From Felis catus (lineage: Eukaryota): a stretch of DNA of 64,000 bases. Location: NCBI RefSeq assembly GCF_018350175.1, contig NC_058368.1, positions 152,398,001 through 152,462,000 of the forward strand, in the 5' to 3' direction. A program made the position numbers and the translations under genes. Below the pieces are notes generated by a model that saw only the letters and a list, made by a program, of their open reading frames with translations, was not told the DNA's origin and searched no databases. Positions 36,975 through 49,110 of this stretch are shown piece by piece. Position 1 is the first letter of the stretch; each line of letters starts with the position of its first letter.

Positions 36975-39660
36975 AAAGTCAACTGTTATTTTGTCAGATA
37001 CTACCGATTTCCTTCCAAAGAAGTTACACCATTTTACATCCTCTTCCCCCAGCAGTGTAAGAAAGTGCCTATTCCTACAGGCTTGCCAACAGAATGTATT
37101 ACCAGACTTTTATGTGATGATCTGATAAGTGACACGTGTACCTTGGTGTCATTTTAACATATCGTTCACTTAGTATGAGTTAAGATTGAGTATCTTCTCG
37201 TATGTCTAAGGATTACATGAATGTTTTTTTCCTGTGTTGTGTCTATTCATGCCCTTTGCTTTATTTTTCTATTGGGTTGCTGGTCTTTTGCTTCTCAATT
37301 TCTAAGAATTTAAACACTCCCTAAATTAGCTTACAAATGTAATACAAGTCCAATAAAAATACCAATAGATTTGTCTTTTTTTTCTGAAATAGACAATAAG
37401 TGCTGGGTTTTTTTGGATACATTTTGCTTGTTTGTTTTTCTCTACAAATTGAGAAACAACTTGGGTTTTTATAAATATATAGAACAATTTATAAGATTTG
37501 CATATTTCTTGTTAACTTTTATCTAGGTACTGTATTTTATTTTTCTTCTTGCTATTGTAAATGGGGTCTTGTCTTCAATGATATATTCTGACTCATTTTC
37601 TGTGTCTAGCAAGGCTATTTATTTGTGTATGTTAATTTCATATCCTGTTACCTTTCTGAGTTTCATTTGTAGTTGTTTTTTTAACAGTTTCTCTTGCAAT
37701 TCTCCAATTATTCATTCACAGACTGCCTTTTCCTTTCCCATTCTTGTTTTAATTTTCTTCTCTTATCTAATTGTGCTAGCTAACACTGCTGGTAAAATCT
37801 TGAAGAGTAATGTTGAAAACTAGTGTCATTGTCTTATTCTTGACTACTGAGAGCACCTCCAATGCTTCTTTATCATGTAAGATGTTGTGTTGGGGATAGA
37901 TACAAATATGTACATATGTGTGTATATATGTTTATATCTATACATATATACATTTCTACATATAGCTTATCGATTGCCAATTTATTTTTTTAAAAAGCAG
38001 AAATGGAGACTGAATTTTGTCAAATGCTTTTATTTTATTTTTTATTTTTTAAAATTTACATCCAAATTAGTTAGCATATAGTGCAACAATGATTTCAGGA
38101 ATAGATTCCTTAGTGCCCCTTACCCATTTAGCAAATGCTTTTTTGAGCATTTATAGACATAATCATGTTTTCCCCCCTTAATTCTTTTAAATTACTAATA
38201 TCAAACCATCCTCACTTTTCTGGGGTAAACCCCCACTTGGTCATGAAATGCTCTTTTTTTTAACGTATTGTTGAAAACTGTTTGCTTATATTGTATTGAA
38301 TAGAGTTGCATCAATATCTAGAATTGATATTGTTCTCTGGGTTTTTTTTTGTCTTGTGCAACTTTAGTAGTTTTGGTACCCATGCTATACCTACTTCATT
38401 AATGAATTTGGACACATTCCTATGTTTTCTTTATTAAACTGTATTAAACTGTATTAAACAGTATTAAACTGTAACAGCTAGCCATAGTAATATTTTAAGG
38501 GATAACAGTTTGATTTTTCTATTTTTCCTAAACTCTTCTTCCCCCTACCTTCCTTTTTCTCATCATCCAAGTCAACAATTCTTTTTCATAATGCTTATTT
38601 TCAAAACCTTATATATCTGCTTGCAATTCTACTTCCTGATTTGCCACCTTTAAATGATATCACTTTACCTCCAGTTATGACTTACAGAGCACGATTGAGT
38701 TTATTCTACTTTCTACCATCTGTCTTCCTTCTCCTCCCATTTTTCCTCAGGTGTTCACTTCTTACATCATCAAGGCATACAGCATTTGTACACTATTACG
38801 TCACCCTTATCCCCCTATGTTTGTTCTATTCTTGCTACTATATCTATATCTATGTATTACTTACTGATGGTCCTTCTGCCACTGACTGCTTCCTGGTTGG
38901 AAAAGTGCACCTGCAAGTTTTTATTTGCTCTATACTTTTTATCTGAAACTTCTACATGTGAAGGAGAGTTTGGCTAGATGTATATTCCTTGGCTCCCACT
39001 TTATTTCTGGAGTACCAAGCTCTACAATGTTCTGTCAGCATTAAATATTGCTATTGAAAAGTCTGGTGTAACTTGTTTTTTTTTCCTCATAAGTTACTTG
39101 GACTTCTCACCTAGTTACCCAGAGGATTATTTTTTATTCTTTAAAGTCCAAAAATTTTATCAGTTTATCTCAAGTCTTAATATTAATCATTGTTGATTAG
39201 TTTTCTGGAGGTATATGATATGTCCTTTCAATCTGTAGATTCAAATTTTGTGTGATATTAGGGATGTTCCCATGAACTGTAATTTTAAATATGTGTTATG
39301 TTACATTTTTTGTTTTCCTTTCTCAAAAACTAGTTACATGTTTGTACATCTTCCTCATCTTCTCTACCATTTTCCTCCCTAGCTTTTTATTTTTCGCTTT
39401 TTCTTTTTTCTTTTCTCCCCCATACCCTTACGTTTTCAAGACATTTAGTGTCTCTTTGCTTTTTGTAATTTAGTTTGCATTTCTGAAATAATTGTATCTG
39501 TTTCTCCAGTTTCTTTCCTGAATTCTGTCAATTCCCATTTTCGTCTTCCTATTATTGTCTGGCCATCTTTTCTCTAAGTTCCTTTATTTCTATTTTGTGA
39601 TTTTTTTATAGATGGGATTGCTTTATATGCATATCACTTTTCCTTAGAAGAACATTGTTT
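36975..39660 (-). mobile_element. Old L1M fragments (mostly antisense)
   Basis: T-rich L1-like sequence (ttttgcatatttcttgtt, aaacccccacttggtcatga, tgctattgaaaagtctg). Confidence 0.7.
38032..38131 (-). mobile_element. 5'-truncated young feline L1 3' end
   Basis: aatttacatccaaattagttagcatatagtg...ccccttacccatttag; TSD caaatgctttt. Confidence 0.75.
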
Positions 39661-39667
39661 CCAATTT

Positions 39668-39890
39668 TCTTTTTTTTTTTTTTTTTGAACCGTTTATTCA
39701 GTTTTGAGAGAGAGAGACAGGGTGTGAGTGGGAGAGGGACAGCGAGAGAGGGAGAACACAGAATCTGAAGCAGGCTCCAGGCTCCGAGCTGTCAGCACAG
39801 AGCCCGATGTGGGGCTCAAACTCACAAACCATGAGATCATGACCTGAGCTGAAGTCGGGAGCCTAACTGACTGAGCCACCCAGGCGCTCC
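39668..39890 (-). mobile_element. SINEC (feline-type)
   Basis: Reverse SINEC body; flanking caattttctt. Confidence 0.9.
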
Positions 39891-40554
39891 TGCAATTTTC
39901 TTGTAATTGTGATGGTGTTTTTATTCCACTGCTAAGCTCTGACTTTTCTGTCTTTCCTTATGACTTTTCTGTGTGGCTGTAACATTTTCACTTTTTTATT
40001 CATAATTGAATGAGTTTCTTTTTTCCTGGCTTCTCTATGACCAAAAGAACCTAGTGAATGGGAGAAGAGAGGTAAAGATTGCCTTCCCAGTTTCTTTAGC
40101 TCAGGGGATCTGTCCTGTGTTGTTACTGTGCCAGGTACTTTCTCTAGCGTCTTGCAGTACAGCTGTACACATCTGTTCTCCCTGATTCTCCTAGCCCTGA
40201 TGCCCACAGCAGGTCTCACTCAGGTAGGCCTCCTTCCTTTTGGGGGTGAGTATTTGCTGTTATTTTCTGTGTTCTGCTTCTGCTATAAAATCTCGCTCCC
40301 AGTTCTTTCCCACAGCACCTGCCACCCTACACCATTTGGCAGCCCATGCTGTTCTGATTTCATATGTTCTTCCCCCAACTTATATTTTATTTGGAGTTTG
40401 TAGGTCTTCCTAACTCTCCTCATTTTATTGCAGGAGTAGGCTGTGGGGTGTTGTGTTTTTGTTGTTGTTGTCGTTTGTTTTGTTTTGTTTTGTTGTGACC
40501 TTTTGTTGTTTTTACTGGAATCCAGAATTCCCCTAGTATAAACATCAAGTTATC

Positions 40555-40732
40555 ATCTCTGTTGTTCTTCCCTTGCATCACACAGGAACCTTCGGTTCAT
40601 TTTGATAAAACTAACAACCAGGTCTCTGGCGGATTCTAGAAAACTAAGAGAAGCACCTGTGCTCGTGTATAGTATCAAACAGAAGGTGTGGAGGCTACGG
40701 TTAGTAGCCTGAGGGTGGGATGCCATCTGAGA
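40555..40732 (-). pseudogene. Exon candidate, SQMASHPQATNRSLHTFCLILYTSTGASLSFLESARDLVVSFIKMNRRFLCDAREEQQR
   Basis: Acceptor atactttctctag; one long open frame; donor uncertain (CAG|gtgctt at 40657 or further downstream). Confidence 0.4.
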
Positions 40733-41205
40733 CTAGAGAAAGTATTCTGAGTGGAAGAAGGCTGGCATCAGAGAGTATATCTGCAATGTGGAAACAGCCA
40801 AATTAATACATGACATGTTGTTGTTGCTATTGCTATTATTATTATTTGTGAAACTAGTAAGCAAAGTCAGGCATTCCTGCAAGTTCTTGTGGAGTAGAAT
40901 AATAATAATCACAGCAATAACAACTAATACAGAGTACCTGCTATGTGCCAAGCACTGTCCTAAGTGTTTTATGTATATCAGTTCATTCATCTCTCACAAC
41001 ACTATGAGATAGTGCTCTTATCCCTACTTTACAAAAAACACTGAGACACAGAAAGTATGAATAATTTACAAAAGATCACACAGCTAGTGAACAGTAAAAC
41101 TGAGATTCAGACCCACTGGTTTCCAAATTCCCTGCTTTTGAACAGTGTGGGATCTGTATCTGTCAAACATTTTGTAAAAGATAAGACATCTTCAGGAAAT
41201 CCAAC

Positions 41206-41416
41206 TTTTTAAATTTTTTTTAATATTTATCTATTTTTGAGAGGGAGAGCACACAAGCAGGGAAAAGCAGAGGGAAAGGGACACACAGATTCCACAGCAG
41301 GCTCCAGGCTCTGAGCTGTCAGCATAGAGCTCAATGCAGTGCTCAGACTCAGGGAGTGCAAAATCATGACCTGAGTCAAAGTCATTTGCTCAACTGACTG
41401 AGCCACCGGGCACCCC
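41206..41416 (-). mobile_element. SINEC
   Basis: Reverse SINEC body. Confidence 0.9.
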
Positions 41417-41712
41417 TAGGAAAGCTGAGTTTTAAAGTGTCCTAAATAGAGAAAGCTACTTCCTCAGTTTCTTAGGATGCATACCCAAAGCCACCTCTGA
41501 GCAATGATGTTACTGTGAATGCAAGTAAGCCACAGGCCAATATGTCAGAGAAACTTGGCTTTGTACATATATATTAAGACCAAACACTTCTCATTCTTTA
41601 GAACCCAATAGGTAAAAATTCAAATATGGAAGATAGTCATTTAATTGAGAAAGTAAATGGTTCACTTCAAGATGGCAATGACTTGATGTGCTCCAAATTT
41701 TAAACAGAAAAC

Positions 41713-41819
41713 CTAGTTAATTTTGTAACAACCACCACTGACTATTAGAGTCACGATCATCAGAAAGTATAGACATCACATAGACAATTCATATTCTTGA
41801 TCCCGAACTACTGATCTTT
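41713..41819 (-). pseudogene. Exon candidate with probable 1-nt deletion, ERSVVRDQEYE / IVYVMSILSDDRDSNSQWWLLQN
   Basis: Very strong acceptor tttttttccccccag; phase-1 start matches the 45226 donor; frame switches mid-exon. Confidence 0.45.
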
Positions 41820-41959
41820 CTGGGGGGAAAAAAAGTATTTTCAGGAAATCTGATTTCCCTGTGGTATCCTGAAATATTTTATCAGAGATGTCTAAAACTG
41901 GTTACTCTGGTTCATAAAATGTCCTAAAAATTTTTTGAGGAAGCTCACAGCATCAGAAT

Positions 41960-42040
41960 TAAAAATGTCTGCTCATCAGGAAAACACCATTAAGAAAATG
42001 AATAGGTAAGGCAATGGCTCAGAAAATAAATAAATTTTAT

Positions 42041-42082
<42 letters not shown>

Positions 42083-43140
42083 CACATATCTGAAAAATGA
42101 CTCAAGTTATGTAAAAACTCTTGTAAATAAACAGTAAAACCACAAGTAACCTAATAAAAATGGGCAAAAGATGTAAACAATTCATAGAGGATTTGCGAAA
42201 GGTCAATAAAAAAGTTGTTTTTTTTTAAGGGCTTAACATAGGATGCCTGGGTGGCTCACGTGGTTGAATGTCTGACTCTTGATCTGAGCTCAGGTCATGA
42301 TCTCACAGTTTCATGAGTTTGATCCCCATGTCAGGTGTTTGTTGCCAGTGCAGAGCCTGCTTGGGCTTCTTTCTTTCTCCCTCCCTCTCTGCCTTTCCGC
42401 TGCTGGCACTCTCTCTGTCCCTCTCAAAATAAATAAATAAGCTTAAAATGGCTTAACATTATTAATTTTTAGAGAAATTCAAATTAAAACCACAATAAGG
42501 TTATCACTCCAAACACATTAAAATAATCAAAAGAAATTTTAAATGACAATGCAAAATGTTGGCGAGTATATGGAGTAACTATAACACTTATACTTTGCTC
42601 ATAGGAGTATAAATGGTACAACCACCTTGAAAAATGAGTCGACAGCTACTAATAAGACATACGTCTATACTGTCATAACTCCTAGGTACTTACTCAAGAA
42701 ATTAAAACAAATGTCTACAAAAAGACTTACACAGAAATATTTATAGCCAAAAACTGGGACGTAATCCTAATATCCATCAACAGGGGAAATAATAAACTAA
42801 TTATTTTATATTCATACAATGGAATACTATTCAGTAATTTAAAAGAATGACCTCTGAAACACATACAACATGCATGAACCTCAAAAATCCTGTGCTAAGC
42901 AAATGAAACAGGACACATAGAATATCTATTGTGTAATTCCTTTTATCTGAAATCCAAGAATAGATGATCCATGGTGACAAATATCAGAAAGTGGCCACCT
43001 CTGGAGGGTTGGAAGAGTGACTAGAAGGGGGCATAGAGCTCTTTTGGAGATGACAGAAATGTTTTTTAATCTCAATTGTAGTGATGTTTATACATGTGAA
43101 TCCAATTATTAGACTCATCAAACTGAACACTTAACATTTT
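41960..43140 (+). mobile_element. Old L1M 3' region interrupted by (CA)n and a SINEC (42240-42445)
   Basis: aaaaatgggcaaaagatgtaaaca, caaattaaaaccacaataag, tattcatacaatggaatactattcag. Confidence 0.8.
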
Positions 43141-43387
43141 ATTTTACTTTTTTTTACATTAAATTTTATTTTACTTTTTATTCTACCTTTTTTGGGGGGG
43201 ATGAGAAATATATCTCAACAAAAAAGGGGGGGAATTAACAATGGTTATTTTTTATTTATCTATTCAAAAACATTTCTTGAGTAAAGTTAATATATTTACA
43301 TATCATTTTAAGATAGACCTGTAATGATAAATGCCACCAAGGATCGTAAAGTTCATTATTATTTCCTTCTATTAAAAAAAGAAGGAA

Positions 43388-43606
43388 AGGGGCACCTGGG
43401 TGGCTCAGTCGGTTAAGCATACAACCTCAGCTCAGGTCATGATCTAGCAGTCTGTGAGTTCGAGCCCCACGTCGGGCTCTATGCTGACAGCTCAGAGGCT
43501 GGAGTCTGTTTCAGATTCTGTCTCCCTTTCTCTCTCTGACCCTCCCCCATTCATGCTCTGTCTCTCTCTGTCTCAAAAATAAACATAAAAAAAATTTTTT
43601 TTTTAA
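43388..43606 (+). mobile_element. SINEC (feline-type)
   Basis: SINEC body; flanking aaggaaag. Confidence 0.9.
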
Positions 43607-45004
43607 AGGAAAGACTAGTAAGTATCTGGAGTGATCCTTACATTTTTTTGGCTGGTAAAGAACAGAACTTCATTCAGATTACTTCAAATAATAATTATAT
43701 ATTTTAAGCATGCACACTCACATAATCTCCAGAAAATCCAGTAACAACCATAGAATGGACCTCTGGAATTTGGAACCATTCAAAAATTGAAGGACTCAAA
43801 CTAGATATGGGAGATAGTTAGCCTATCACCCCTTCAACAGAAGGATTTTGTCAATTTCTTTCTGTTACCCACTTGTATGGGTACAGATGTATGTTTCCAA
43901 CCTCTGCTTCTTCTGCTCTTGCTACTACCAAGCCAACTATCTCACTCTGTGCTATACTATGTCTTTTGCCGCCGCTTATGATGTGTGATTTCTGCTTGCT
44001 CATAGCCTACTATCTAAGTGACAATTGCTTACTTCAGCTCACTCAGCCCTACTGCTGCTAATACAATAACTCCTACTCTCTCCATATATCTTCAGTAAGA
44101 GGCACCTAAATACAACATCTGAGTTGGCCTAAATAATCATCCATGTTTCAACAGAACTTTCATGAAAGTCACCTCATAGGCCATTCACTGGACCAGCTGC
44201 ACTGAGCCAGTTGTCCTTCCTCGGGTCAACCACCCTGACCTAAAGACAAGACAGGCAATTCCATCATTGCAAGATATGGGTGAGAAACCAGATATAGCTT
44301 TTCCCTCAACAGAGGGCTCCCTATGAGCAGAGCAATCTCCCTTCGATGGCACAGTAATTGGTAAGAACTGTGATTGTCCTGTTCTGCATGTTGTAACAAT
44401 CTAAAAATTATACCTGAAGTCCATGGTGGATTTTTGCAGAGGAAAGAATAGACTGGCAGGAGGGAATATCCCTACCCTTAGAGATAATACATAATTTGTA
44501 TTAAGTGCCCTAAAGTTCATGGAAGGGAAATGTAGTGTAATCAATGTGCTCTTAGCAGATCCTTAAAAAAAGAATACGAGAGAGAAGCCAAGTCTAGAGT
44601 AAGGACCAAGCCACCCCATTTGAGTGAGGAGTCAGTTAGATTATCATAATAATGGTATGTTACATGTATATATATAGCCCCATATATGTTATATGTATAT
44701 GTATAGTAACACAGTAACAATTACATGGCACTTGCTGCACATGAGGAGCTGTTCTCAACACTTTCCATTATTTACTCTTGATTCTCAGATACTCTGTGAG
44801 GTAAGGGAGATGGAAACACATGTGGAATAAGTCACTTGTTCAATGCCAAGTATTCGGTAAATGGCAGAGATGGGATTGATCATAAGCAGCCTGGCTCCAG
44901 AGTCTGTTTGAACCACTATGTTATTTGGAATCTTTGTAGCTAATAATCAATTTCCCAAGATAGAATCTAGTTTGAAAATGGAGGACTTATGCCTATTTTA
45001 AGTG

Positions 45005-45112
45005 TTTTTGTTTTTGTTTTTTAAGTAAGCTCTACACCCAATGCAGAGCTTGAACTCACAATCCCCAGGTCAAGAGTCACATACTTCATTGACTGAGCCA
45101 GTCAAGCACCCC
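45005..45112 (-). mobile_element. Short SINEC lacking the (CT)n tract
   Basis: gtaagctctacacccaatgcagagcttgaactcaca...ctgagccagtcaagcacccc. Confidence 0.8.
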
Positions 45113-45225
45113 TGATTCCCATTTTAAAGGAGAGAACAAAACCCTACTCTCAGTGAGTAGTCTGCTTCCATAAAGGTGACTTGGTTAAAACTGGTAAGAA
45201 GCCACTAGGAGAATAGTTCCTTAAC

Positions 45226-45334
45226 CATGTGCTTTGAGAATGAAATCTAAGTGACTCTTAGATCTGAATGGAAAAGAACACAGGCTCCATTCCTGATGCT
45301 CTCTGGATATGACTGGTGAGAGAAAAACCTTCAC
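45226..45334 (-). pseudogene. Exon candidate (phase 0->1), VKVFLSPVISREHQEWSLCSFPFRSKSHLDFILKAH
   Basis: Acceptor ctactttccacctcacag, donor G|gttaag; 109 nt open. Confidence 0.55.
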
Positions 45335-45816
45335 CTGTGAGGTGGAAAGTAGATATGAATAAAAACCAAACTCAGCCCCATCTGGCAGTGGCTGCTCAAT
45401 CACCTCCAACATATGCACCCAGGAAACACCTCACCTCTCCTCACTTTACCTTACATTACATGGTTACACAGCACCTAATGATTTTCAAAGCATCTCTACT
45501 CCTATTTCAAGCTTGCATCAATCCACTAAAGTGGATGGGCCTTTATCATACACATTTCTGGATTATGGGATGCAGATTCTTAGAGGTTAAGAGATCATGC
45601 AAGGCCACACAAAAAATTAAATAATGAGAAGGGATGAAGACACAGGGCTTCTGTCCCCAGATGCAGTATTCTCCCCATGGCATGTCACTAACATGGAAAT
45701 GTGAGTGGCAACCCAAGTTGTCAACAATGTTCCATACAACAGTGGGACAACTTGGCCTTGGACCTTGGTGAGGTCCCAAGGTCAGTAAAAGTCAGACACC
45801 TAAGAGTGCCACCCTA

Positions 45817-46072
45817 CATATATGGCAGCTCAAAGTTTCTGATTTCTTGTCTGGTGAAGACAGATAATAATTCATTTGGTTTTCTGTACATTTGCCTGTT
45901 GAAGTCAACCTCCATTCATCCAGTCAATTATAACTGGATAGTAAGAGAAATGTTAGGTTTGTTAACCAAGCATATGCCTAAGTTTTCATGGAGGTGAATA
46001 AGAGATTTATATGAGTTAAAACTAACTGAATTTCCACTACAAGTACATTCCAAAAGATTAAAATCAGTTGTC
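45817..46072 (-). pseudogene. Degraded exon candidate, TTDFNLLECTCSGNSVSFNSYKSLIHLHENLGICLVNKPNISLTIQL*LTG*MEVDFNRQMYRKPNELLSVFTRQEIRNFELPY
   Basis: Acceptor gtgttggtttag; phase-2 start fits the preceding block; two in-frame stops; 3' boundary uncertain. Confidence 0.4.
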
Positions 46073-46623
46073 CTAAACCAACACAAATGATCCACCAATA
46101 TATTTAGGTGTAACACTAAATTCTACTAATAGTCTATTTTTGCAAAAATTTAGTTTAAAAATGAATTAAATAATAGTTTGATTTTAAATTATGAACAAAG
46201 ACATTATTTACATTTCCTAAGAAATGTATCACTCATGAGGAAATAATGCATTTATTTTGAGAATCAAACTACATTTGACCAAGACTTTATGGATTCAAAC
46301 AATTCACTTCAGGAAATACATCTCTGACATAGTTTCTTTGTATATGACAAACACTTTCTAAAGTTTTTGCTCATTCATTTACTTATTCATTCAAAACCAG
46401 TTACTGAGTACCTATTCTGAACTACGCTGGACACCGGGGATACAACAGTGATAAAAACAAATTTAAAAAATCCTTGGCCTCTTGGAGAGAGCTCTGGGGG
46501 AGGAAGCAAACCAACTGGTAGTAAACAAGATAAGTAGGTAAAGTGTATAATGTATTAGGTGGCGATGAATGCTAAGAAAAACAATAAAAGAGGGAAACCA
46601 GATAGAAGAAGCTGCGGTTTAAA

Positions 46624-46727
46624 TAGGGTGACCAAAGCATCATAGTTTGCATGGGACTGAGTTTTAAAACTAAAGAATGCCTTAAGAATCTTCAGTCTCA
46701 GGCAAAACAGTATAATTTGTCACTCTA
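46624..46727. mobile_element. hAT-Blackjack MITE (MER81-like) within L2
   Basis: Termini tagggtgac / gtcactcta. Confidence 0.6.
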
Positions 46728-47766
46728 AATCTACACTGAGGGGCCAGAGAAGGCATATGACGAAGCTATTATTTGACTAAAAAGAACATTCCAGGTAGAG
46801 GAAATGGGAAGTGCAAAGGCTGAGGCAGGAACACACCCTGTTTGTCTGAGCAAGAGCAAGGACTGGTGTGCTTGGAGGTGGTGTGTAAGAAAGATGTGAG
46901 AGAAGTAAAAGAGGAGAGGCAACTATGACCCAGTGAGGTGCTTCAGGAAAATGCTCAGTGTCCTCAGCAGGAAGAAGGAATATTGTCAGTACGGCTACTC
47001 CTCACCAGGAAGAAACCTGCCCCAGATCCTGGTTGTTCTGGTTCTGACTGTGGGACTTCTGGGAAAAGCAAGGAGCAAAGGGGGAGTAGAATCGAGGAAG
47101 TAGAGAGAAAGAAATGAGATCTGCCCCAGGGTAAAGGATCCCTCCCACAAATTCATCTTCCTCAAGGAAGTTTCAGGTTAAATCCTTGGATGTGTGTGTG
47201 TATTTATCCCATCTCTTCATTTCTTCCTCTCTAATCCTGTTCAACTAGGCTCCTTCTGTTTGTTGACAATTCAGGGTTTTAAAGTTAGTACTACCACCAG
47301 GCACTCCTGCTGATGGAAGAAGTCCAAATTCTATTTGGCCACGAACACAATTACACCCACAGAAGTATATTTTTGCTCCCAGCTTCAGTCTTCTTTTTGC
47401 CAGGTAGATAATTTATACAGAGCTAGAAAAAGATTGCTTAGGGGCAAATGACACAATATACTTGCCACAGATAGATTCAGCCACCGTTTCTGAGACCAAG
47501 GCACTAAGCAATTTGCTTAACTTTTCAACTCCCATTTCAACATCCTTTTTTCATTTAAATGGAGTTGATATTTCTTTACCATCTACTAGTAGCAGAGGGT
47601 GTCATGAGGACATTTTCAAAAGCTTTAAACTACCCAAGATAAAAGATACTTTATGAGCCTTATGCGATGCTGTCACTGACTCTTCATTCTCACTAGCCCT
47701 ATTTATGTGTCTCTCTTTCTTATTTTCAACAAACATAATCATGCAGTACACCCATTGTATGCATAC

Positions 47767-47882
47767 TTGGCAAATTTCCTAACTATGAATTTGTGTGCTC
47801 CTTCAGGTGTTTCATCCATATTTATTGATATTCATCAAAGAAGCAGGAGTAGTGATGGAGACTATTGGCTTTTTTTTTTTTT

Positions 47883-47918
<36 letters not shown>

Positions 47919-47961
47919 AAGTTGTAGACGAATTAAATTGTCTCTCAGATGTTATCAGCAG
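47767..47961 (-). pseudogene. Degraded exon candidate containing (GCA)11 and an A15 run
   Basis: Acceptor ctttttgacag, donor AA|gtatgc. Starts LLITSERQFNSSTTS-polyAla and ends MDETPEGAHKFIVRKFA in a different frame, implying a frameshift. Confidence 0.35.
47885..47917. repeat. (GCT)11 trinucleotide repeat next to T15
   Basis: Seen directly. Confidence 0.95.
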
Positions 47962-48991
47962 CTGTCAAAAAGCATACCTTACGCAAAAATCTATTTTGTA
48001 TTCAGAAAGCATGAAATCACACAGCACAGTGACTCCAGCAGCAAATTCTACAGTTATCTATGGCTGTTTATTGAAGGCCAACTATGTGCCAATCACCAAA
48101 TCCTTAAGATTGTATCTGGGTCATTCCTAGGAATGGGTAACCAGCATATGATATACTATACATGATTTCAAAGACTCCCAACAAAAATCCTTCCCCTTAA
48201 CGTACTTTCCTAAACAGTTACACTGTAAATAATGTAAAAGGGCCCATTAAGGGTCTCTAGGCTTCAAGTGGAGGCTTCACAAGTAATTTCAGGCCCAAAC
48301 ATCCTCATAAGACGGATGAGTTTAGATTTGGAGGAGGGGGAGGAAGAGGATAAAAGCATTAAGAGGAAGAAATGCACTTGAGGGACATTGAACTGGGGGT
48401 GTGAGATCTCTGTCTGATAGGAAAATGAAGAGCAAAAATGGAAATACTGTATTTCAAAGGGTATTTTTCAAAGTATTTTAAGTCATTCAACTACAATTCA
48501 CAACATCTACCTTACAAGAGTTCCTAATGCAGCAAATGTGTGTTCTCCAAAAATTGATCATTACGAATGTTTAACATAGCAGGTTTTGTGGTTGTTGTTC
48601 AGCTCTCTTTTTTCTTTGTACTTTGTTTTGTTCTCTTACTTTAAGGGGGAAGTAAAATGTTTTACTAGAGCATACACACACACAGAAACATACACTGAGA
48701 GGAAAAACAAGTTTGAATTTCTCAACCCCATTCTTCTTCAGATCGTGGGCCATTCATTTAACCTTCATATATATTGATTTCCTAATCTGCAAAATGGTTA
48801 TAACACTACCATCCTTCTCTTATCACAGAGCCACTTCATCATGTGAGTTAATGTTTACAAAAGCACTCTGAAAAATGTGTCACTATGCAAATATTAGGTG
48901 GAAATCATTATTTTTCTTATAGTTAAACTATTAATTTTATGCTCCCTTCTGTCCATCAAAGGTCGCCCTGAACCAACTTGCAAACGGAAAC

Positions 48992-49110
48992 CTTTTGTGT
49001 TTGCATATGTAGTTGCTCTCTGCTAGTTCCATGGGAGAATATGTTTATCTTAGTCCAGCCTCTGGCAAGCACATCACTCCACCCTGTGTAGCCAGAGGGA
49101 AAGAATAGTC
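48992..49110 (-). pseudogene. Exon candidate (phase 1->0), LFFPSGYTGWSDVLARGWTKINIFSHGTSREQLHMQTQK
   Basis: Strong acceptor cttattttttattcag; open frame (ORF 48956..49195); donor AAG|gtttcc is weak. Confidence 0.5.

Noticed and set aside
38433..38473. Short direct repeats (tattaaactg x4; also small duplications at 2950-3010, 10626-10651, 34942-34988)
   Set aside because: Ordinary slippage duplications with no spacers; not CRISPR-like, and the DNA is mammalian.
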